Origin: Pavona decussata
Lineage: Eukaryota
DNA length: 64,000 nucleotides
Direction: 5' to 3'
NCBI GenBank assembly: GCA_977016875.1
Contig: CDRNST010000085.1
Coordinates: 310,001 to 374,000 of the forward strand
Part shown: positions 59,887 to 64,000 of the stretch, piece after piece
Position numbering within the stretch: position 1 is the stretch's first letter
How the letters are laid out: the number at the start of each line of letters is the position of its first letter
The notes under the pieces: generated by a model
Databases searched by the model: none
The model's input: only the letters and a program-made list of their open reading frames with translations
What the model was told of the DNA's origin: nothing
Translations under genes and position numbers: made by a program

Positions 59887-62800
59887 GTAAGTCGCAGCGC
59901 GCGTTGTGCCTTACGCCTGCTACAAAAACAGGCGAAAAGCAATTTATTTTCGCAGTGCAAGGCTTAGCAACTGATATATACAACCTTGCGGTCGTAAACT
60001 TAACTGCACTTCATTTCGTTTCCTTCTGTGTTTCAATCACAAAGCACAGCAAGAATAAATTGGTCTATTGATCGTCGCTCTGTGTCAAAGGCACTCAATA
60101 ACCATATCAATCTAGTTCTATTCTTAGCTTTTCTTGATAAGGGAAGATGCCCTCGGATTCGTGTCGAGTCGGACGCAAGCTACTTTCGATAACTTTAATT
60201 CCCGATTTTCGCGAGAATATATGCCGTGGACTACCCACTTAAAGTTTCACTTGCTGTTTTCAGAGTTCATGAATATGTAAAAGATTTATTAAAAATCTAA
60301 CGTGTGCGGTTGATTTGCAAAATAAATAGACAGAAACCAATGTGAAGTTTGGGAAGGAAAGTAATATATTGGATAAGCGTTGGCTTCGATTCGACAGTTT
60401 TAAGGCTAAGTTTTTAATGTTTGTATTAATATGAATTTTGTGCAGCATGCAGTTGTATCGCTTTACTGATCACAGAGTTGCTCCACGGATTTTAAATAGA
60501 GCGTTCCAGGGCGTTCAACGTTTAAAGAGAAAGAAAATAATTTTCATTGAGATACCATATCGGTCTCTTTCAAACGACTTGCCCATGGCACTTCAGTTCA
60601 AAGTGATAATCGATTTGATTTATTTTACCTCTGGGAAGATAACTTCTCTCGTTAAATAGAGATTGCTATTGCAAATTAACCATTTAAAAATCTTGGTGTC
60701 TCGGGACTAAGTGTACTTAGGAGAGCGTTGAAAGATAAATCGCGCTGAACTCTTAAAGCATTTCAATTTCGGTAAACGCCCAATTCAAGAATGGCGAACT
60801 GAAATTACTGAACAAATTTGATTTTTCGCAGAAAATTCTCGGAATACGGGTCAAATGACTCGTCGGGCGGGACATTTTCTTAATTTTATGCTCTCTTTAA
60901 GGACCTACTCCGCCAATGGTCGTTCACTGAATTATCACATTGTTATTTTTCAAAGATGGCAGCTTCCTAGCTAGGAGGGCAAAGTAACGGAAAACGGAGA
61001 GGTCATTGTCCGGAAAGAGAATTGCCAGAAAACTGGCTCAAAGGTTGTCATCGGCTAACGGTAATTACGTCGAGTTACATAAACTCTAAGAGGGCGGCAA
61101 AAATATTTATTTGGCCAAAGAGAGTGCTGTTTTTGGACCGATTCGATCAATTTTTTAAGACCTCTGTGGATTATAAATAGGTACAAGGGAATTGCCGGAG
61201 AGCTCTGTGGGGGAGCCGTGAAACAGACTAGCTACTTTACCAACCTTTTGTAAACTGTAAGACGAAACATATTTTGCGATCTATTTACTTTTTTTTTCCT
61301 TTGAGAATTGTTTGTTGGCAGGTCAACCGTGCCCTGCATGTGTCGCGATAACGGTTCTTTTTGACAAATACCGTAAATTAATCCAAAATCGTTGTTTGGT
61401 TTGGTGTACAATGGACAGCGCCCGCTTTCAGGCCGTCAAAGTTCCCAAGGACAGAAGGTTGTAATTTGGGGTTATCGCCAGCGAGCAGTTTTAGAATTGT
61501 AATTCATTTAATTTTGTCGTTATTCGAATCCAGTAGAAGTTTATAAAACCTGCTGCAACGCCTCAATGATTTCTTAACGCCTGAATTGAAAACGGCACTC
61601 AATTGAACTTCTACTAATTCTCCAAACATGTCCAAGGTTATCTCTCCTACTTTCTTGTGATCAATTATAGGAGTTTGCCGCTTTCGTTAGTCTAGATCTT
61701 TCGACACACCTACATACCTTTTAAGTAGAATTGTTGACCGCTTTTCTATTAATTTATCTTTTGATTTCTGATAAGGATGCCAATTACCCATGCCGGCCAA
61801 AAATAACCATCGTGGTCGTGGTGTATTTGCAAAGTTTAATAACAAGAGTACTCGTTTTGTTGCAAATGCAATTCTTCAGTTATGTTTGAGCAATACACTT
61901 GAAGTCGTTCCCGCGATCGACCGTTTGGGGAAAACTTAGACGAGAATTCGCGATCGATAGCCCATGGTCAATAGACCGCATCACCGTTTTTTGCAAACTT
62001 TACGTTACGTTTAAACTTAAGATTCAAATTTCCCGGACATATATCTTCGCATATAAGGAAGATATAACGCCCGAATTCACAGATTTGCTTGCTTTCTTAG
62101 ATGCTTTTTTTCACTGATATCAATATTTTTTTCTGTCCTATCCGAAAATGCAAAATTTCATTCGAAGTTTTGTAATGAGGTACACCAAGAAAACAAGATT
62201 GGCTTCAGTTCGTCGCAGATACCGGATGGAGGCCGGATGAAGATAGCGTTGTCATTCCAACATAGTTTACTATAAAAGAATAAACCTACCCTGAAAATTG
62301 TTCAGTCCATCGTATTTCCTGTGCGGTGAGCCAAACTTGTTAAAAATTTTATTTACAGCAACTAAAAACCACGGAAGGATAAAATTAATCTCAAAACTTA
62401 ATTTGTTCCTGAAATCGAAGCAATTGTTTTAAAGGTCATCTCCAAACTTTCAAACGTTTCAGCGGAAAGCTGTAGCTTTCTTTCAACTTACTCTGCTTTG
62501 TGTGGAAACTTTTTCCAGAAAAGTTTTCAACCCCTCATGCAATTTTTACGCCCTTCGGCTAACCACTAATAACTGGGTGCAGAAACCGTTTCGGCGGCAA
62601 AATGTCTCATTGTTGACCTCAGGAACTACTAACAAATTTAATTAACGGCTAAACTTTAGAACTTTGATGGTACAGGAACAGAGACGGAAATATTGAAACA
62701 AAGAAGGAATATTGCAAGAGAGATGAGACAATATGGCGGATTATAGAACACCATGAACCCATGCACACAAAGGATTAATTAATGGCGAATTATTGTCAAT

Positions 62801-64000
62801 CGGAAGGAGGAAACTGGAAAGAATTGTCGGTACTTTAAAAAGTCGTTTGGAAACTTTTACTTGTAAACTGTAATTCCCTCTTGCAGTTGATGCGTACGTA
62901 ATTTAACTTTAAGAAACATTTATGGACCTATTTAATCTTCGATAAAACACTAACAACAATGGGCGAACACGTAGCATTCCACGGTTACTTTGTTTAAGAT
63001 TTTTAAGTAGTTTAATAACACAGGAATGACCTTAAGGAAAACCTCATTGACTTATAACAAATTTACAGCTAAGCTCTGAAAAGTTTCTTCGTAGAAAGAA
63101 AGGCGATTTTCAATGCAATGTTGTTTTTTGGTGCCGGCCCTTAAAACGACAACTCCATGTTCATAAACCGATTACTACACAAGCCGGGTTAAGAGAAAGA
63201 AAAACAACGAAAGAGCTTTGGAAATTCAAGCCAAAAAGCAATTCCCACCATGTTGCGAAATACCATGATAAACTGAGTGAATGCCATCAACGATGTACAA
63301 GTTGTAGCTTGCGGTAAACAAACCTTTACACTGACTACACGCGAGCATTGTTCGCTTTAACTTGGAACAAACAAATTTAAGAGCCAACTATATAAAGAAT
63401 ATTCTTAGTCCGGGAATTAATGTGACCGCTATCATTTTTTTACTCCGGATGTGGTCACTTTTAATCCACCGCGGTCACAGAATGAATCGATGAAATTTGC
63501 ATTGGCACAAGAGCTGACAAACGGGTAAATGAATAGATGCAGTGGTTTGTGCCGGCTACCGGCTTTGCGGTGGACGGAAGATCTAGGGGTCAAGTGCTTG
63601 AGCTCTGTTTCTCATTGTCTTTAAAGGACCATGCTGTACTACAGTGGAATTTTTCTGCGACATTAATTTGCCAGAAACTGTGTCAAAATCTTGGCTTAAC
63701 ATCTTTGCTTATTTAAGACATTTAATGCTCCCCAGTTAATACCAAGAGTAAGGGATCCGGATCCTGAAGTGAATTTTGGACGGTACAACTTACCATGCTA
63801 AAATTATAAGTTAGTATATATCTTCAGCTTCTAGAAATGCTCCATGAAAACAAAAATAAGGCAATAGAAAATGGATTCTCGAAGGAACAACAATCCGCAG
63901 TCACTTAGAAAACTCTAGTTCCAAGTTATACACAGAAAGAATTTTAGAAAGTGCTGGTCCAATGTGGAGCAAAGACTGTCTATTTTTATAGATTCAGTTC

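Overview
Eukaryotic, AT-rich genomic DNA with GT-AG introns. The repeat families look anthozoan, most likely a stony coral (from recognised repeats, not a search). Most ORFs in the supplied track are spurious. Three spliced genes were rebuilt by hand with consistent intron phases. (1) A + strand gene (10837-12104) encoding an N-terminal domain plus a papain-fold-like Cys/His/Asp domain ('insoluble matrix shell protein 1'-like, with bacterial-type motifs). It lies downstream of a ~6 kb array of ~1.6 kb tandem units. (2) A 10-exon LRRC34 on the - strand (20073-31349, 393 aa). (3) An 8-exon ankyrin + split-C2 + disordered-tail gene on the + strand (31766-37379, 666 aa), head-to-head with LRRC34 across a 416 bp gap carrying RFX-, forkhead- and NF-Y-like motifs. 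A possible last exon of another gene lies at 2-244. Positions 1-44 kb are dense in non-autonomous DNA transposons (9-bp-TSD TAG..CTA, Kolobok-like TTAA, Harbinger-like TTA, an 8-bp-TSD foldback element). They also hold tRNA-derived SINEs, a decayed DIRS-type tyrosine recombinase, and a tandem pair of hammerhead-ribozyme-like motifs (Penelope/retrozyme-like). Positions 44-64 kb are repeat-poor with no recognisable coding sequence, but contain promoter-like islands and orphan exon candidates. An assembly gap lies at 20794-20922.
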